A stretch of 38,495 nucleotides of DNA from Patescibacteria group bacterium. GTDB taxonomy: Bacteria; Patescibacteriota; WWE3; UBA101185; UBA10185. Shown here one piece after another: positions 37,335 to 38,495 of this stretch (positions are counted from its first letter, which is position 1; each line of letters begins with the position of its first letter). The notes below the pieces were generated by a model. The model was not told where the DNA came from. It saw only the letters and a list, made by a program, of their open reading frames with translations, and searched no databases. The position numbers were made by a program, and so were the translations under genes. The stretch spans positions 1-38,495 of the forward strand of contig BPJL01000010.1 in assembly GCA_026004595.1 (NCBI GenBank), read 5' to 3'.

Positions 37335-37613
37335 GAAAAGAAAGAATCTACACCAACACCAACCCCAAAAACTTCACTGACGCAATAGATGAAAAAATAG
37401 ACCGCGAGAATATGCTCAGGCAGTTGTTACAAGAATTACCGGTTCAACAAAAACGCGTTGTTGTTGTTACGATTAAGCGGGTGGACAGATAAAGAGATAC
37501 AAGAAGAATACGATATTGTCAATCCTTCGTATTATTTATACATAGTCAAAAAAAAGGGTAAGAAACTTGCCGAAGATACAGGATATATAGAAAATAATCT
37601 TGACAAAAAGTAA
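37331..37613 (+). CDS. Sigma70 region 4-like HTH protein (frameshift near 37450)
   Basis: Removing one base gives LLQELPVQQNALLLLRLSGWTDKEIQEEYDIVNPSYILY...; ATGA-coupled start. Confidence 0.55.
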
Positions 37614-37627
37614 AAACTTGTTATACT
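37600..37627 (+). promoter_or_regulatory. Strong sigma70 promoter
   Basis: TTGACA-16-TATACT with extended TG. Confidence 0.75.
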
Positions 37628-37647
37628 AATATAAAAGTATAAATTGC

Positions 37648-37755
37648 ATGTACACCACATGCGGGTGTATATCCAATTTCTACTTTTGTAGATTAAATAA
37701 TAATATAGACATCCTCCGGGGAGAGGTGAAACCTTGGGTTATTCTACCTCTCCCC
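37648..37755 (+). CRISPR. Solitary type V-A (Cas12a) repeat unit / single-crRNA gene
   Basis: AATTTCTACTTTTGTAGAT at 37675-37693, 24-nt segment 37694-37717, flanking hairpins 37648-37672 and 37718-37755. Confidence 0.85.
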
Positions 37756-37767
37756 ACTCACCAAAAA

Positions 37768-38082
37768 ATGAAAGAAATCAAAGAAACCCAACCACTACGA
37801 GACGGGGATAATCTTGTTTATGTTTTTGACAAAAAAACTTTTGAATCCTCTATTAAAGATAAAGTCGGGTTAATGTTAGTAAGAGAAGAGATTGTCAGAC
37901 ATATGGCTACGATTCTGCCCATATTTAAGCCACATTTAGTTGATAAAGATTCTTATGATATTGTAATTAGAGTTCCAGATATAGGATACAGAATAAGCGG
38001 GTGGTACTTCACAGATGATGCAGAAATACAAAAACTCCAACAAGAGGAAGACTTGTATTTTATGACTATAGAAAAAGCTTGA
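37768..38082 (+). CDS. Hypothetical 104-aa protein
   Basis: Likely start ATG 37768; the track's longer start runs through the structured RNA. Confidence 0.65.
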   Translation: MKEIKETQPLRDGDNLVYVFDKKTFESSIKDKVGLMLVREEIVRHMATILPIFKPHLVDKDSYDIVIRVPDIGYRISGWYFTDDAEIQKLQQEEDLYFMTIEKA

Positions 38083-38085
38083 AAA

Positions 38086-38495
38086 ATGAAAAAAGAACTT
38101 CTGGCTATACCTGTTGCTCTGGGTGTTCTCTCCGCTGTTTTATCCAATTCAGACAATTCTTGTTCTCAAGTTAGATTCTTAGCTAGTAACAATAATCCAA
38201 GACCATCAAAACCCCTTATTAACCCAATAATCCAAGTAGAAGAAACTAGAGATGTATACAGAAACGGGCGGTGGGAAGTAGAAACCAGAATTGTATCCAA
38301 GGGTGTATTATATCCACCATATAGACGATTAGACCCGAATGTATGGGATGGTCATGACTTGGCTGTATGCATGCACGAAGAAGGAGGGGCAACGGTAATA
38401 GACAGAAACGGGAGGACATTGAATGTGCCGGTCAGAATGGCGCATCATATATATGACTATAATCGTGAATATCACATTATTAGGTTTTATGTAGT
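38086..38495 (+). CDS. Secreted/membrane-anchored hypothetical protein, 3'-partial
   Basis: MKKELLAIPVALGVLSAVLS signal-like N-terminus; open to the window end. Confidence 0.65.
   Translation, partial: MKKELLAIPVALGVLSAVLSNSDNSCSQVRFLASNNNPRPSKPLINPIIQVEETRDVYRNGRWEVETRIVSKGVLYPPYRRLDPNVWDGHDLAVCMHEEGGATVIDRNGRTLNVPVRMAHHIYDYNREYHIIRFYV

Noticed and set aside
37708-37717. Guide 3' end GACATCCTCC is complementary to GGAGGATGTC at 14362-14371
   Set aside because: Only 10 nt and PAM-distal; the seed does not match and there is no TTTV PAM; plausible by chance
37648-37767. N-terminal 40 codons of track ORF 37648-38082
   Set aside because: Runs through the hairpins and repeat; ATG 37768 is the more plausible start
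1-38495. Stop-codon reassignment to explain broken genes
   Set aside because: Breaks change frame rather than being in-frame stops; long genes read cleanly in code 11 and all three stops are used
1-38495. tRNA, rRNA, integrase or att site
   Set aside because: None recognisable by eye; lifestyle and host cannot be fixed from this window

Overview
Near-complete genome (or prophage) of a short-tailed, podovirus-like Caudoviricetes phage, AT-rich and read in the standard code. 1-8800 is a mosaic early region: Xis-like HTH, a truncated PD-(D/E)XK nuclease, a two-frame C5 DNA methyltransferase, MerR/Xis-type HTH, ssDNA-annealing protein, lytic transglycosylase, RHH regulator, replication initiator with an internal origin, and a NinG-like nuclease. 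8834-34343 is a + strand virion module: terminases, portal, scaffold, major capsid, an embedded glycosyltransferase/methyltransferase cluster, tail and ejection proteins, fibres and an HNH insertion. 34346-36254 is lysis (M23 endolysin, holin-like genes), followed by accessory genes. Many genes carry single-base homopolymer frameshifts, probably sequencing errors. Top observations: (1) a stand-alone Cas12a-type crRNA gene at 37600-37755 (promoter, hairpin, exact 19-nt repeat, 24-nt guide, hairpin) with no cas gene or second repeat in the window; (2) seven late promoters TTG(A/C)AAACC(C/T)...TATAAT, all with a 19-bp spacer; (3) an unannotated HTH-linked peptide KEEDYLDIPAFIRK that resembles the FtsZ C-terminal tail; (4) a candidate virion-glycosylation system; (5) structured RNA and an IS200/IS605-like end around the capsid gene. 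All family assignments come from motif recognition by eye, not database searches.
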